64,000 nucleotides of DNA from Bdellovibrionota bacterium FG-1 (GCA_051382295.1 JBBCAW010000003.1:1-64000); one strand, 5' to 3'. Shown: positions 52,043 through 62,628, counted from the stretch's first letter. Notes: generated from the letters alone by a model not told the origin. Made by a program: numbers and translations.

Positions 52043-53305
52043 TTACCGGGATCCCCTGACTTTCACTAAGTCACCACGCCAGAGTTGCTCACTCGGACGG
52101 AGGGGGTGACGGCCTGGATGCTCGGGCTCGCAAATCAGAACAGCCTTCGGGCCAGAATCTCTACCACCGCGGTCAGCGGCCATGGGGTCACTGATGACGC
52201 GTTTCAGGGATGCTTCGGGTTGAGGTGCAGGGTAATCCGGCGTGGCCAGCCAAAGGTAAGAGAATTTCACCCATTGGCGCTCCGAGCTCAATGCTTTGGA
52301 GAAATCTCGAAACCAGTTTCCCGGAATATTTGCGGGCACCGAAAAGTGGCACCAGTCGCGCCCACCCGCAAGGGGGCAGTGGCCTGCGTGTAGGCAGGGT
52401 CCCCAAATTGAGGTCGGGGAGGCGGTCACCACGTCGGTCGAAAAAAGCTGATCGCGGAGCGAGGATAAAAATTGTGAAGGGCGCTTGGCCGCGGGTTCGG
52501 CGAATAAAACACCGCCGCCTTGAGCCTTTTCGCGCAAAAGGGAGCCCCAGAGGTTGAGCCATTTTTCGCTGGCTTGTTGTTTGTGTGGTTCGCCCTCTTC
52601 ATAGGATGCACTGGTGGTGCGTGAAAAAACCGGACCGGCGGCCTCATTGAGAACATGGCCTAATAGAATCAAAGAAGTTGGCTTAGAAAGGTATCTTGAA
52701 GCTTCCCACCAGGGCGCGGTGTGAATTCGAATCGTGACTCGGTCTCGAAGTTTTGGAAATTGGCTTGAGATTTGTTCGGCGAGCGCTTTTCCGTCTTCCA
52801 GAATGGTTCCGTTGGTATCTAGCCAGTCCATTTCAATCGGTGGAAGGGTCTCGCCGGTGGCGAGCTTCGTATTGAGTAAAGTGAGTAATAAAGCAATCGA
52901 TGCTGTTCCGGGGCCGGCGCCTAGATCGGCCACTCGAAGAACCCCGGTTTTTCTCCCGTGTTCGAGGGCGGCCTGAATGGCTTTGGGGTGAAGATGGAAG
53001 ATGGTCAGAAATTTGGCGGCCTGAAGGGGGAGAAAATAAAGCAGATAGCTGGATCGAAATTTGGGGTGCCGAAAATAGGCTGGCAGATGTCGAGGGCGTT
53101 CTTCGGTAAAAAGCTCGGAAAGTTCTTCGATACCCTTGAAAAAGAAGTGCGCGTCTTCTTTGGAGAAAGGTTTGTTTTTCCAGCTTTCTCGGGGGCTGTA
53201 TTGTTTTTTGACGAACGCGGGGATCGCCTCGTCAACTAGCCATAGCCAAGCCGGCGGAAAGATCGGGGGAGGGGTGATGACGCTGGCAGGTTTGATTTTG
53301 ATCAT
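52043..53305 (-). CDS. Rsm22/METTL17-like SAM-dependent methyltransferase
   Basis: YLLYFLP, DLGAGPGT, HVLNE, EP, PCLHAGHCPL..WCHF. Confidence 0.8.
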   Translation of the reverse strand: MIKIKPASVITPPPIFPPAWLWLVDEAIPAFVKKQYSPRESWKNKPFSKEDAHFFFKGIEELSELFTEERPRHLPAYFRHPKFRSSYLLYFLPLQAAKFLTIFHLHPKAIQAALEHGRKTGVLRVADLGAGPGTASIALLLTLLNTKLATGETLPPIEMDWLDTNGTILEDGKALAEQISSQFPKLRDRVTIRIHTAPWWEASRYLSKPTSLILLGHVLNEAAGPVFSRTTSASYEEGEPHKQQASEKWLNLWGSLLREKAQGGGVLFAEPAAKRPSQFLSSLRDQLFSTDVVTASPTSIWGPCLHAGHCPLAGGRDWCHFSVPANIPGNWFRDFSKALSSERQWVKFSYLWLATPDYPAPQPEASLKRVISDPMAADRGGRDSGPKAVLICEPEHPGRHPLRPSEQLWRGDLVKVRGSR

Positions 53306-53415
53306 AGGTAAAACTTCGAAGTCTTTCGGGTTGGCCTTCTGTTATGCTATCCTATGAGCAAGGTCAATCGGAGTATTGCCCCCAGTGTCATTAAGAGGTT
53401 TGTTGGGAGATTCAT

Positions 53416-53916
53416 ATGGATGTGAGCGATCCCAAATCGTTTAAGAAGGCCAAGATTTTTTGGAAAGATAATAGTTCCAGCACATGGGCGTTTATCTGTC
53501 CTCTTTGCGCTACTCAACGCAAGATTCCGTGTCAGCCCCAGCCGACCGCGCGGCATTACGCTCAAATGGCGCTGACGGCGGCCTTTTTTACTCTTTTGAC
53601 TTGGTACTGGTTTTCGTGGAAGGGAATGGTTTCATTTATTCCGTTTTGGATTATTTTTGAGGCTATTTATCGAGGACGGGTGCGTGTGGCGATGCGCTGT
53701 CCTCATTGCGGATTCGACCCCTATCTTTATTTGGTTGATGTTAAGCTGGCGCGTCAAGAAGTCGAGTCGCATTGGCGCAAAAAATTTGCCGATAAAGGTG
53801 TTCCTTATCCTGAAAAACCTAAAGATTCCGGGCCACTGATCCCCCCTTCCCTGGGTAGGTTAGTTGCCTCAAATGTGAAAAAAAGGGATCCTTATAACCG
53901 TCACTTGACACAATGA
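53416..53916 (+). CDS. Hypothetical membrane protein with two CxxC motifs
   Basis: CPLC - two hydrophobic segments - CPHCGFDP. Confidence 0.7.
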   Translation: MDVSDPKSFKKAKIFWKDNSSSTWAFICPLCATQRKIPCQPQPTARHYAQMALTAAFFTLLTWYWFSWKGMVSFIPFWIIFEAIYRGRVRVAMRCPHCGFDPYLYLVDVKLARQEVESHWRKKFADKGVPYPEKPKDSGPLIPPSLGRLVASNVKKRDPYNRHLTQ

Positions 53917-53941
53917 CTTGTCCGAAGCTAAGCCTCTAGAC

Positions 53942-54454
53942 ATGTCAGTTAATAAAGTGATTTTGGTGGGGCGGTTGGGGCAGAACCCAGAAGTGAAATA
54001 TACGCCATCGGGCGCTGCCGTTGCTAATTTTAGTGTCGCGACTAACGAGGTCTGGACCGATAAGTCCGGCCAGAAGCAAGAGCGCACAGAATGGCATCGA
54101 GTGGTTGTTTGGGGCAAACTTGCCGAACTCTGTGGGCAGTATCTTGCTAAAGGTCGTCAGGCCTATGTGGAGGGGCGTCTTCAGACCCGCCAGTGGCAAG
54201 ATAAAGATGGGCAGACCAAGTACATGACGGAAGTTCAAGCGCAGACCGTTCAGTTCCTGGGAGCTGGCGCTGGAGTTCGAGATGGAGCTCAAGAAGGTAT
54301 GTCGATGGGTCAGGAGCAAGGCTTTGAAGCTCCTGCCAATGGCGGAGGGGCTTATTCGGCTCGTCCGGTTCCGACACCAGCAGCAAATCGCCCGATGACT
54401 GCGGGCAATCCTCCTGGAGAACCGTCTTTCACTGAAGACGATATTCCATTTTGA
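53942..54454 (+). CDS. ssb: Single-stranded DNA-binding protein
   Basis: [20 protein letters not shown]-terminal DDIPF. Confidence 0.97.
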   Translation: MSVNKVILVGRLGQNPEVKYTPSGAAVANFSVATNEVWTDKSGQKQERTEWHRVVVWGKLAELCGQYLAKGRQAYVEGRLQTRQWQDKDGQTKYMTEVQAQTVQFLGAGAGVRDGAQEGMSMGQEQGFEAPANGGGAYSARPVPTPAANRPMTAGNPPGEPSFTEDDIPF

Positions 54455-55209
54455 TGCGTATTTTGATTGTTATCCCCACTTATAACGAGATTGATAACCT
54501 TGAGGCGTTGACTCAGGCTATCTTGGCAATCACCCCTGGAGATGTGGATATTCTGGTGGCGGATGATGGCTCGCCGGATGGAACCGGTCAGCTTGCTGAT
54601 GCGATTTCCAAGCAAAATACTCGGGTTCAGGTTCTTCATAGGCCCAAAAAAATGGGTTTAGGGACAGCCTACGTGAACGGATTTAGGTGGGGCATGGCCC
54701 GCAATTATGATGCGTTTATCGAAATGGACGCTGATTTTTCTCATGATCCAAAATACCTACCTAGGATGATCGATCTTCTTCAATCTCATGATGTTGTGAT
54801 TGGATCCCGCTATGTTCCCGGTGGTGGGACGATCAATTGGGGATTGGGACGCAAGTTGCTGAGCCGTGGGGGAAGTATTTATTCGCGTCTGATTTTGGGT
54901 GCATCCCTCCGTGATTTCACCGGGGGTTTTAATGGGTGGCGCCGACCGGTTCTTGAAGCTGTGAATTTAGATACCTTGCAGTCCGGTGGCTATTCCTTTC
55001 AAATTGAACTAAAATATCGCGCTTTCATGAGAAATTTTAGAATCATTGAGTTTCCGATTATTTTTGAGGATCGAAAAGTTGGAAAATCAAAGATGAACCG
55101 CCGCATTGTGCTTGAAGCTTTAGGCCGGGTTTGGGGTTTTCGTTGGCGTTCGATTCAGCAGGGCAACGGAGTCTTGGGCCGTTTGCTCACGAAAATGTCT
55201 GAACATTGA
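54454..55209 (+). CDS. Polyprenol-monophosphomannose synthase-like GT2
   Basis: IPTYNE, DDGSPDGT, MDADFSHDP, GYSFQIE. Confidence 0.9.
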   Translation: MRILIVIPTYNEIDNLEALTQAILAITPGDVDILVADDGSPDGTGQLADAISKQNTRVQVLHRPKKMGLGTAYVNGFRWGMARNYDAFIEMDADFSHDPKYLPRMIDLLQSHDVVIGSRYVPGGGTINWGLGRKLLSRGGSIYSRLILGASLRDFTGGFNGWRRPVLEAVNLDTLQSGGYSFQIELKYRAFMRNFRIIEFPIIFEDRKVGKSKMNRRIVLEALGRVWGFRWRSIQQGNGVLGRLLTKMSEH

Positions 55210-55256
55210 TCCAAAACCATTGCCAGTGTTTGGGGCCTACCCTACACTCAGGGTAA

Positions 55257-56162
55257 ATGGTAAACAGGTTTTGTTCATGGCTAGTGATCGGAGCGGTTTG
55301 TGCCTTAGGGAGTGGGCTCTCTTTGAGAGCCTTTGCCGATAAAACAGCCAAGGCAACCACTGCCATTTTGGTCGATAAAAAAACCAGTAACTTGCTTTTG
55401 ACCGAGTATGTTGATGGCGCCTACAAAATCATCAAAACATACCATGCGACTTTGGGGCAGGTGAAGGGCGACAAAGAAGACGAAGGCGACCTGAAAACGC
55501 CCGAAGGTATTTACACATTTAAAGCGCGAATGACGGCGCCTGCTTTGGCTAGAAAATTTGGTTCGTTAGCGTTTTATATGAATTTTCCGAACACGTTTGA
55601 TGAGCTAGCGGGGCACAAAGGTTCCAATATCATGCTTCACGCCACGGATACGCCGGGGCGGCTGAAAAATAATTACGATAGTCTTGGGTGCATCGTGGTG
55701 AATGATCAAGAAATTCACGAAATCGAGCCCCGTGTTCGTGTTGGGCTAACGCCGATTTTGATTTTTACCGAACTGACGGACGTTTATTTGAAGCCCGGAC
55801 AGGATACCGGGCTTAAAGATTTTTTTTATAGTTGGATCAAAAGCTGGGAAGCCAAGGATCTCGAACATTATATTGATCATTATCATTCGGATTTTTCAGC
55901 GAATGGCAAAAACAAGTCCCAATGGAAAGAGTATAAGGCCTCTTTGAATAGCCGTTATGCCACTATCGAAATCAATCCCGAGAGAGTACTCTTCTATCGA
56001 CATCCCAAGTATTCCATGATCACCTTTACTCAAAATTACCGTTCCAAACTGAAACGCGGCGGTTGGGGGCATCGCTCCACAGGCACCAAGATTCTCTATG
56101 TGGCTGAAGAGGCGGGGCATCCGAAGATTATCGCGGAGACTTATACTAATCTGATGTGGTGA
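55257..56162 (+). CDS. L,D-transpeptidase (YkuD) family protein with C-terminal NTF2-like domain
   Basis: GDLKTPEGIY, IMLH..SLGCI. Confidence 0.88.
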   Translation: MVNRFCSWLVIGAVCALGSGLSLRAFADKTAKATTAILVDKKTSNLLLTEYVDGAYKIIKTYHATLGQVKGDKEDEGDLKTPEGIYTFKARMTAPALARKFGSLAFYMNFPNTFDELAGHKGSNIMLHATDTPGRLKNNYDSLGCIVVNDQEIHEIEPRVRVGLTPILIFTELTDVYLKPGQDTGLKDFFYSWIKSWEAKDLEHYIDHYHSDFSANGKNKSQWKEYKASLNSRYATIEINPERVLFYRHPKYSMITFTQNYRSKLKRGGWGHRSTGTKILYVAEEAGHPKIIAETYTNLMW

Positions 56163-56164
56163 AT

Positions 56165-56842
56165 ATGCAATTGCATGATTACATCGCCAAATATGACAGC
56201 TTGGCTTCTGAAGAAGCGCTTTTCAATATTCCTCATCGCAAAGAGTATTTGCTTGAGCAGATCGGGCGGGGCAAGCGGGTGCTCGATATTGGTTGTTTGG
56301 GCGGCCAGCTCTCTCGGTTTATTCTCGAGCAAAATAACGAAGTTTGGGGGATTGAAATCAATCCCATCGCAGCCGCAGTGGCGCTGAAACGGGGAATTCG
56401 AGTCAAGGTCGCGGACGTGGAGGCGGGAATTCCTTTTGACGATGCCTCGTTTGATGTGGTTCATGCGGGCGAGATCTTGGAGCAGATTTACGATACTCGA
56501 CTTTTTTTTGATGAGTGTCACCGTGTTTTGAAGCCGATGGGGATTTTACTTTTTACTACGCCCAATCTCAATAGTCTTGAAAATCGGTTGCGTGTATTGA
56601 CCGGGGGCTATCTGTCGATGGTCGGTGCCTATCCTGAGGATCATTCTGGCAGTCATGTGCGGGTCTTTAATCGTGCCAAAATTGGAGAGCTTTGCCTTCA
56701 AACTGGTTTTGAGCTCACGGATGTCTCGGGCGTATTTGCTTTTGAAAAACGGGCGCGTTGGATTGATCGCTCTCTTAAAATCGCGGCCCGAGTGGCTCCC
56801 TCACTTTCAAAAATGTTGATTTTCAAGGCCCAAAAAAAGTAA
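56165..56842 (+). CDS. Class I SAM-dependent methyltransferase
   Basis: VLDIGCLGG, FDVV, RVLKPMG..TTPN. Confidence 0.88.
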   Translation: MQLHDYIAKYDSLASEEALFNIPHRKEYLLEQIGRGKRVLDIGCLGGQLSRFILEQNNEVWGIEINPIAAAVALKRGIRVKVADVEAGIPFDDASFDVVHAGEILEQIYDTRLFFDECHRVLKPMGILLFTTPNLNSLENRLRVLTGGYLSMVGAYPEDHSGSHVRVFNRAKIGELCLQTGFELTDVSGVFAFEKRARWIDRSLKIAARVAPSLSKMLIFKAQKK

Positions 56843-58002
56843 TGGACGAGGGTCGATTCAAAAGGACTTGGGAAGTTTTGCGAAGCGGTCTGATAGAAGG
56901 CGTCGCGCCGGGTTTTGTCGCGGGCCTTTGGGACGTGCGCCGGCCCGACGAAATTCAGGTGGCCGCATTGGGGCAACGACGAGTTTTCCCGAGTGAGCTT
57001 GAGGCTCTTCCGATGGAAACAAGCACGATTTTTGACTTGGCCTCTTTGACTAAAATTATGGGGACCGCTACTTTGGCGGCCGTTTTGGTGGATCGGGGCT
57101 GGATCAGTTGGAATACGCCGCTCGATGCGATTTTGGGGGGGCAGGGGGGCCCGTCCTATCGTTCATATCCTGGGGTGACCCTAGGCCATTTGTTGTCGCA
57201 TTCTGCGGGGTTTGTGGCATGGCGGCCGCTTTGGGAGGAATTGCGTGAGCATTTTGCACCGGCGCCCCTCTATGAAATTTCGGTAAAAGACCGTCAAAAG
57301 GCGATGCGCGAGCTGGTTTTTAGAATTCGGCCCGATAGGGGTCCTGGTGAGCAGGTTGTTTATTCGGATATTTCTTTTCTTCTTTTAGGGTTTGCGCTTG
57401 AGGAAGTGACGCAATTGCCGCTGGATGTGGCGATCAAACGATGGGTATGGCAAAGGATGGGGCTTTGCGAGGCTTTTTACAGGAGAGTCACCACCGACGC
57501 GTCAGGATCTCGGCTCGACCGTGTTGCTGCCACCGAGGACAGTGAATGGCGGGGGGGCGTCCTTCAGGGGCAAGTGCATGATGATAACTGTTGGGCCATG
57601 GGCGGTTATGCGGGTCATGCCGGTGCTTTTGGAACGGTTCGAGACGTCTTGCAGTTTGCCAGGGCGTTGTATCCTCGTCCGGGGGTGGCTGGATTTTTGA
57701 GTCCAGAAACGCTCAAGGCTGTTTGGACGCCGATTTCAGAACCTGTGGGGGCTTGCCGAACCTGGGGTTGGGACATGCCTGGTGGCATGCCTACTGGGTC
57801 GGATTCTTCGGTGGGAAAGCTGTTTTCTAGGCGATCTATTGGACATCTTGGGTTCACTGGAACCTCCCTTTGGATTGATCCTGATGCGGGTTTGGCGGTG
57901 ACGTTGCTTTCGAACCGCGTTCACCCCTCTCGGGACAATATTCGGATTAGACTTTTTAGACCGCGCTTTCATGATGCGATTCGAATGGATTTGGGACGCT
58001 AA
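56842..58002 (+). CDS. Serine hydrolase, beta-lactamase (class C-like) family
   Basis: FDLASLTK (SxxK), YSD, GQVHDDN, GHLGFTGTSLW. Confidence 0.9.
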   Translation: MDEGRFKRTWEVLRSGLIEGVAPGFVAGLWDVRRPDEIQVAALGQRRVFPSELEALPMETSTIFDLASLTKIMGTATLAAVLVDRGWISWNTPLDAILGGQGGPSYRSYPGVTLGHLLSHSAGFVAWRPLWEELREHFAPAPLYEISVKDRQKAMRELVFRIRPDRGPGEQVVYSDISFLLLGFALEEVTQLPLDVAIKRWVWQRMGLCEAFYRRVTTDASGSRLDRVAATEDSEWRGGVLQGQVHDDNCWAMGGYAGHAGAFGTVRDVLQFARALYPRPGVAGFLSPETLKAVWTPISEPVGACRTWGWDMPGGMPTGSDSSVGKLFSRRSIGHLGFTGTSLWIDPDAGLAVTLLSNRVHPSRDNIRIRLFRPRFHDAIRMDLGR

Positions 58003-58021
58003 ACTGTTTAAACTTGAACAG

Positions 58022-59509
58022 ATGCCGACTGCTAACACTTCTCTCCCACAGTTTAATCAGATTAAGCGGGTTCATATTATCGGTGCCTGCGGCACTTTGA
58101 TGGGTGCCTTTGCGGCACATTTAAAGAGGCGAGGAATCGAAGTCACGGGGAGTGATCAGAATGTTTATCCCCCGATGAGCGATGTGCTTCAGAGGGCTGG
58201 CGTTGTATTGAGCAGCGGCTATCGCGCCGAAAACCTCACTAGCGGCGGCGTGCGGCCGGATCTCGTGGTGATTGGAAATGTGATCCGCGCGGATAACCCT
58301 GAGGCTCGGGCTGCGATCGAGGGGGGATTTCCTTACACCTCCCTTCCGGAGGCGATGGAAAAACTCATGCTTGCGGAGACTCGTAATCTTGTGGTTGCCG
58401 GCACCCACGGAAAGACGACGACCTCGAGTATGTTGGCCCATGTTTTAGTCAAGTGTGGAAAAGAACCGAGTTATTTTATCGGCGGCGTTTCGCAGGATTT
58501 ACCGTTTAGTTTTCAGGTGAGTGACCTCAAAAAAGGCCATCCCTTTGTGCTGGAGGGGGATGAGTATGACACCGCATTTTGGGATAAGGTTCCAAAATTT
58601 AATCATTACTTGCCCGATGATGTGATTCTGACCTCCGTCGAGTTTGATCATGCCGATATTTACGCCGATTTACCGGCAGTCGTGCGGGCTTTTGAGGGTC
58701 TCGTGGATCGTATCCGTCCGGGGGGGCTTTTGATTGCTTGTTGCGATTACGCGGAAGTTCGTAATCTCGCTTTCAAGCGGGTGCCTCATACTGGAAACCC
58801 GCTGCGCGTGATTTCTTACGGGAGCGCGGATGCTAAAAATGCCCGTTTTCGTCCCGGCCGGATTTGGGTGGACGGAGAGTTGACTCATTTTGAGGTGATG
58901 GACTGTTCGGCTGGGAAGCCGCGGCTTTGTGATGAATTGATGATCCAGCTTTCCGGGCACCATAATGTGCTCAATGCGCTGTCGGTGTGGATCTTGTGTC
59001 GTGAACAGGGGATTCCGCCCGATGCTTTTAGGGCGGCGCTGGCTTCCTTTAGGGGAGTGAAGAGGCGGCAGGAAGTTCGGGGCGAGATGAATGGCGTGAT
59101 GGTAATGGATGATTTTGCTCATCATCCGACGGCTGTACGGGAAACCCTTCGTGCTCTCCGAATGCGCTATCCAAGTCGAAGATTAGTCGCGGTTTTTGAA
59201 CCGCGAAGCGCGACTTCACGGCGCAAGATTTTTCAGAAAGAATATGGCGTGGCCTTTGGGGAGGCGGATTCGATTTTTATCATGACTCCTTTTGATCAAA
59301 GCCGAATCGCGGCGGATGATCAGTTTTCAAGCGCTCAATTGGTGGATGATCTCAAGGCGGCTGGGAAAACCGCTCTGCTCATGGAATCGGTTGAGCAGGG
59401 GGTATTGGATGTCGCGCGTGACTCCAAAGCTGGGGATTTGGTCGCGGTTCTTTCTAATGGCGGTTTTGGCGGGTTTATTCCAAAGCTCTTGGAAAAATTG
59501 GCGACCTAG
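58022..59509 (+). CDS. mpl: Murein peptide ligase Mpl (MurC-like)
   Basis: GSDQNVYPPMS, GTHGKTTT, EGDEYDTAF, DDFAHHPT. Confidence 0.9.
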   Translation: MPTANTSLPQFNQIKRVHIIGACGTLMGAFAAHLKRRGIEVTGSDQNVYPPMSDVLQRAGVVLSSGYRAENLTSGGVRPDLVVIGNVIRADNPEARAAIEGGFPYTSLPEAMEKLMLAETRNLVVAGTHGKTTTSSMLAHVLVKCGKEPSYFIGGVSQDLPFSFQVSDLKKGHPFVLEGDEYDTAFWDKVPKFNHYLPDDVILTSVEFDHADIYADLPAVVRAFEGLVDRIRPGGLLIACCDYAEVRNLAFKRVPHTGNPLRVISYGSADAKNARFRPGRIWVDGELTHFEVMDCSAGKPRLCDELMIQLSGHHNVLNALSVWILCREQGIPPDAFRAALASFRGVKRRQEVRGEMNGVMVMDDFAHHPTAVRETLRALRMRYPSRRLVAVFEPRSATSRRKIFQKEYGVAFGEADSIFIMTPFDQSRIAADDQFSSAQLVDDLKAAGKTALLMESVEQGVLDVARDSKAGDLVAVLSNGGFGGFIPKLLEKLAT

Positions 59510-60204
59510 AGCCTTTTTGTGACAAACACCACGGCGGTATAGTGTTTTTTGAGCATTTGATCCAAAAATCCGGGTAAAAGCTCAACTGCGCTGGCATGAA
59601 TGTCGTGCGTGATGAGAATGCCCTTTTGCCGGGGTTGAGGAGCTTTTTCGTCTCGAAGCAGGGTGGTGAGCGAAATATCGGTCCACAAAAAGTGGGCCAC
59701 GCCCATGTCGAAGACGATTTTGTCGAGGGCGGGGTTATCGCTGAGAAACGGAAACCTAAAAAAGGGCAGGTTACGACCGCCGGTGGCCAATCCAACCGCA
59801 TGGATTCCCTTTTTGATTTCTTCTTCAGCGGCCTTGGGATCGAGGTGGGGCAACGAGGGATGGGAGTAGGTGTGGGTGCCGACGCTATGGCCGCGGTCGA
59901 CGACTTCTTTTGAAATCTTGGGGTGATAATCGGCCATTTCTCCCACTTCGAAGAAGGTCGCCCGAACGCCATAGCGGTCCAGAATATCGAGAATGGGCGG
60001 GGTAAATTGGGCGTTAGGACCGTCATCAAAAGTCAGGGCGATTTCGCCTGGCTTGAGATCTTCACCCGTGATGGCGGCGACGGTGTGGGGATCAATCTCA
60101 TGTTCAATACAGGGAATTTTTTGAGAGGGGGTGGCGTTTGACGGCAGAGAAAAAAGGAAAACCGAGACGCATAGCGTGAAAACCGTCGTGTGAGCTCGAA
60201 TCAT
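59506..60204 (-). CDS. Exported polysaccharide/peptidoglycan deacetylase (CE4)
   Basis: TFDDGP, HTYSH, FRFPF, ITHD. Confidence 0.88.
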   Translation of the reverse strand: MIRAHTTVFTLCVSVFLFSLPSNATPSQKIPCIEHEIDPHTVAAITGEDLKPGEIALTFDDGPNAQFTPPILDILDRYGVRATFFEVGEMADYHPKISKEVVDRGHSVGTHTYSHPSLPHLDPKAAEEEIKKGIHAVGLATGGRNLPFFRFPFLSDNPALDKIVFDMGVAHFLWTDISLTTLLRDEKAPQPRQKGILITHDIHASAVELLPGFLDQMLKKHYTAVVFVTKRL

Positions 60205-60435
60205 TCAGCAAAGACTCCCTAAGTTGATGAGTCAAAAAGATAAAGTGCTCAGGGGTGAAAGGCGAGGGGAAATTAAACTGGTCCCTCAGTCTAGGTTTTT
60301 TAGAAGGTAACTTTTTGAAATTTTAGGGAAATATCTGTTTCTGGTTAAAAACTTTGGCTGATTTTAATGATTTTGTTTAAATATCAGTTACTTACACCAT
60401 TTAAGACCTAGGCAAGGGGACCAGCTTTAAAAAGT

Positions 60436-60462
60436 TCAGAAACCCCGTCCATTCTCCGATGA
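60436..60462 (+). promoter_or_regulatory. Sigma-28-like promoter of the kinase gene
   Basis: TCAG-N15-TCCGATGA, ~20 nt before the ATG. Confidence 0.4.
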
Positions 60463-60483
60463 GTCTCCTGGAGAGTTTTAGTC

Positions 60484-62625
60484 ATGGGAGACGTGCTCAA
60501 AAAATTCGGTCGGTACTTTCTGCTCGACCATATTGCCCAAGGGGGCATGGCCGAGATTTATCGTGCGCGGCTGGCTGCGGTCGATGGTGCCGGACGTTTA
60601 ATGGTGATTAAGCGTATTCAGGCGGGATTTGGGGCCAATAATGAGTTTTTGCAAATGTTCAAATCCGAAATCAAAGTCACGATGGGCTTTAATCACCCCA
60701 ATATCGTGCAACTTTATGACTTTGGCGAAGAACAAAGTCAGCCGTTTATTGCGATGGAATGGGTGGATGGTCGCAACCTTCGACAAATGATGACTCGTTT
60801 TAGCGAGCTCAAACAGCCGTTTCCGGTAGAGTTAGCGGCCTATATTGCCGAGCAAGCGGCCGCAGGGTTGTATTATGCGCATGGGTTTAAAGACAAGGTA
60901 ACCGGCGCCTCTCTCAGCATTGTTCACCGGGATATTAGTCCGCAAAACATCATTGTGAGCTACGAGGGCGGCGTTAAGGTGATCGATTTCGGGATTGCCA
61001 AAGCAAACACGAATAGTGAAGCCACCCGAGCAGGAGTCATCAAGGGTAAGCCGAGCTACCTTTCACCTGAGCAAATCAGTGGCGATATACTCGATGGGCG
61101 TTGCGATATTTTTGCGTTAGGAATCGTGCTTTGGGAAATGCTTTGTGGGCGAAAACTGTTTCAAGGCGAAAGTGATCTTGCCGTCCTCAAGCAGATTGAG
61201 AGTTGTACCCAGCACGTAAAAGCACCTTCCACTCTTAATCCTAAGGTACCTAAAGAACTCGATTATATTGTTTTGCGTGCTTTGGCTAAGCAACGGGATA
61301 AGCGCTATCAGTCTGGCGAAGAAATGCAGCGCGCGCTTCATAAATTTCTGTACAGCTATTTACCCGAGTTCAATCCGACTGATCTAGCCTATTACGCAAA
61401 GGATTTATTCAAAAACGAGATTGTCGAAGATCGGAAAAAAATTCAGCGACTCAACGACAAGGTCGAGCAGCTTCTTGCTGATGAACTTCCTGACGTCCCG
61501 GCGATTACAAAACCGGCTGAAGAGAATACCACAACCGAAGTGGAGAATGGGGTTACGCGGGCGCAAATTAGAGTACCGACTCCTATCGTCAGTCATGGCA
61601 AGGAGTCAAAAGTTGAGCTCGATGTAGGCGTGGGGTCATCGGTTTATGCGAATTCTTCGCGATCCCAGCTTAATCCTACTCATCAACGCACACTGGGCTC
61701 GACGGGCGTGAGGGCTCCACAGCAGCGACTTTCGACCAAAAAGAATGCGGCCTCTGGCTTGCTTAAACCTCTTGCGGTGGCAGCCGCCGCAGTGGTGGCG
61801 CTGGCGATTTTTGGTCCTGATTTTGGTGTTCAAGTGCCAGTTCTATCGGAGATGTTGAGCCAGTGGATGGGGGCCTCCGAGGATGCTCGTCTCGAGTTAC
61901 AAGGACATGAGCAGGGAGTGGTGGTCGCCGTCAATGGAAAGACGGTGGCAAAGAGCCTTCCGGCTGTGATCAAAAAGGTTCCCGTAGGGACGCCTTTTCG
62001 AGTTACGGTGAGCGGGCCAAATGGGGGCTTTCAACAGGAAATTACACTCAGAAAAGGTGAAAAAAGGGTATTAGAAGTCGCTTTTGCGCCACCTGCCGTA
62101 GCTGCGGCTAGTGCTGTCGGGGTAGACCCCAATCAGGTGGTTCAGGGTAAAAGTATCTTGCTTCGGCTGAATGTGACCCCGGGCGGGGGGGGGGCTTCCG
62201 TGATGCTGAATGGCCGCCCGGTGGATACCTCAAATCCAGCCGTCATTGTGGCTTTGGATGCCCCGCTGGAGTTGGTGGCCGAACGGGGCGGGTACCGCTC
62301 ATTTAAGCGCGAGTTTGTGCTCGAGGCACGGCAAGTGAACGGTTTGAAAGAATGGCTGATGGATGTGCCGATGGAGCCGGTGAGCTTCGGATTCTTAACA
62401 GTGCACAGCACTCCGAGCGCGGATGCCACTATTTTGTTGGATGGCAAACCGTGGGTGCGAAAGACTCCGATTGAGAACGAAAAATTTCCGGTGGGAACTT
62501 ATAGTATTCGCTTGAACAATGATGTGCTCGGGATGGAAAAAACGATCACCGTTCAGATTCAAGAGGGAAAAGCCGTGAATCGCGATGAACATCTCGATCT
62601 CATGCGTGAGCCCGCATCACGCTAA
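60484..62625 (+). CDS. Membrane Ser/Thr protein kinase with PEGA-like extracytoplasmic domains
   Basis: GGMAEIY, HRDISPQN, DFGIAK, YLSPEQ; TM segment; beta-rich C-terminus. Confidence 0.93.
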   Translation: MGDVLKKFGRYFLLDHIAQGGMAEIYRARLAAVDGAGRLMVIKRIQAGFGANNEFLQMFKSEIKVTMGFNHPNIVQLYDFGEEQSQPFIAMEWVDGRNLRQMMTRFSELKQPFPVELAAYIAEQAAAGLYYAHGFKDKVTGASLSIVHRDISPQNIIVSYEGGVKVIDFGIAKANTNSEATRAGVIKGKPSYLSPEQISGDILDGRCDIFALGIVLWEMLCGRKLFQGESDLAVLKQIESCTQHVKAPSTLNPKVPKELDYIVLRALAKQRDKRYQSGEEMQRALHKFLYSYLPEFNPTDLAYYAKDLFKNEIVEDRKKIQRLNDKVEQLLADELPDVPAITKPAEENTTTEVENGVTRAQIRVPTPIVSHGKESKVELDVGVGSSVYANSSRSQLNPTHQRTLGSTGVRAPQQRLSTKKNAASGLLKPLAVAAAAVVALAIFGPDFGVQVPVLSEMLSQWMGASEDARLELQGHEQGVVVAVNGKTVAKSLPAVIKKVPVGTPFRVTVSGPNGGFQQEITLRKGEKRVLEVAFAPPAVAAASAVGVDPNQVVQGKSILLRLNVTPGGGGASVMLNGRPVDTSNPAVIVALDAPLELVAERGGYRSFKREFVLEARQVNGLKEWLMDVPMEPVSFGFLTVHSTPSADATILLDGKPWVRKTPIENEKFPVGTYSIRLNNDVLGMEKTITVQIQEGKAVNRDEHLDLMREPASR

Positions 62626-62628
62626 AGA

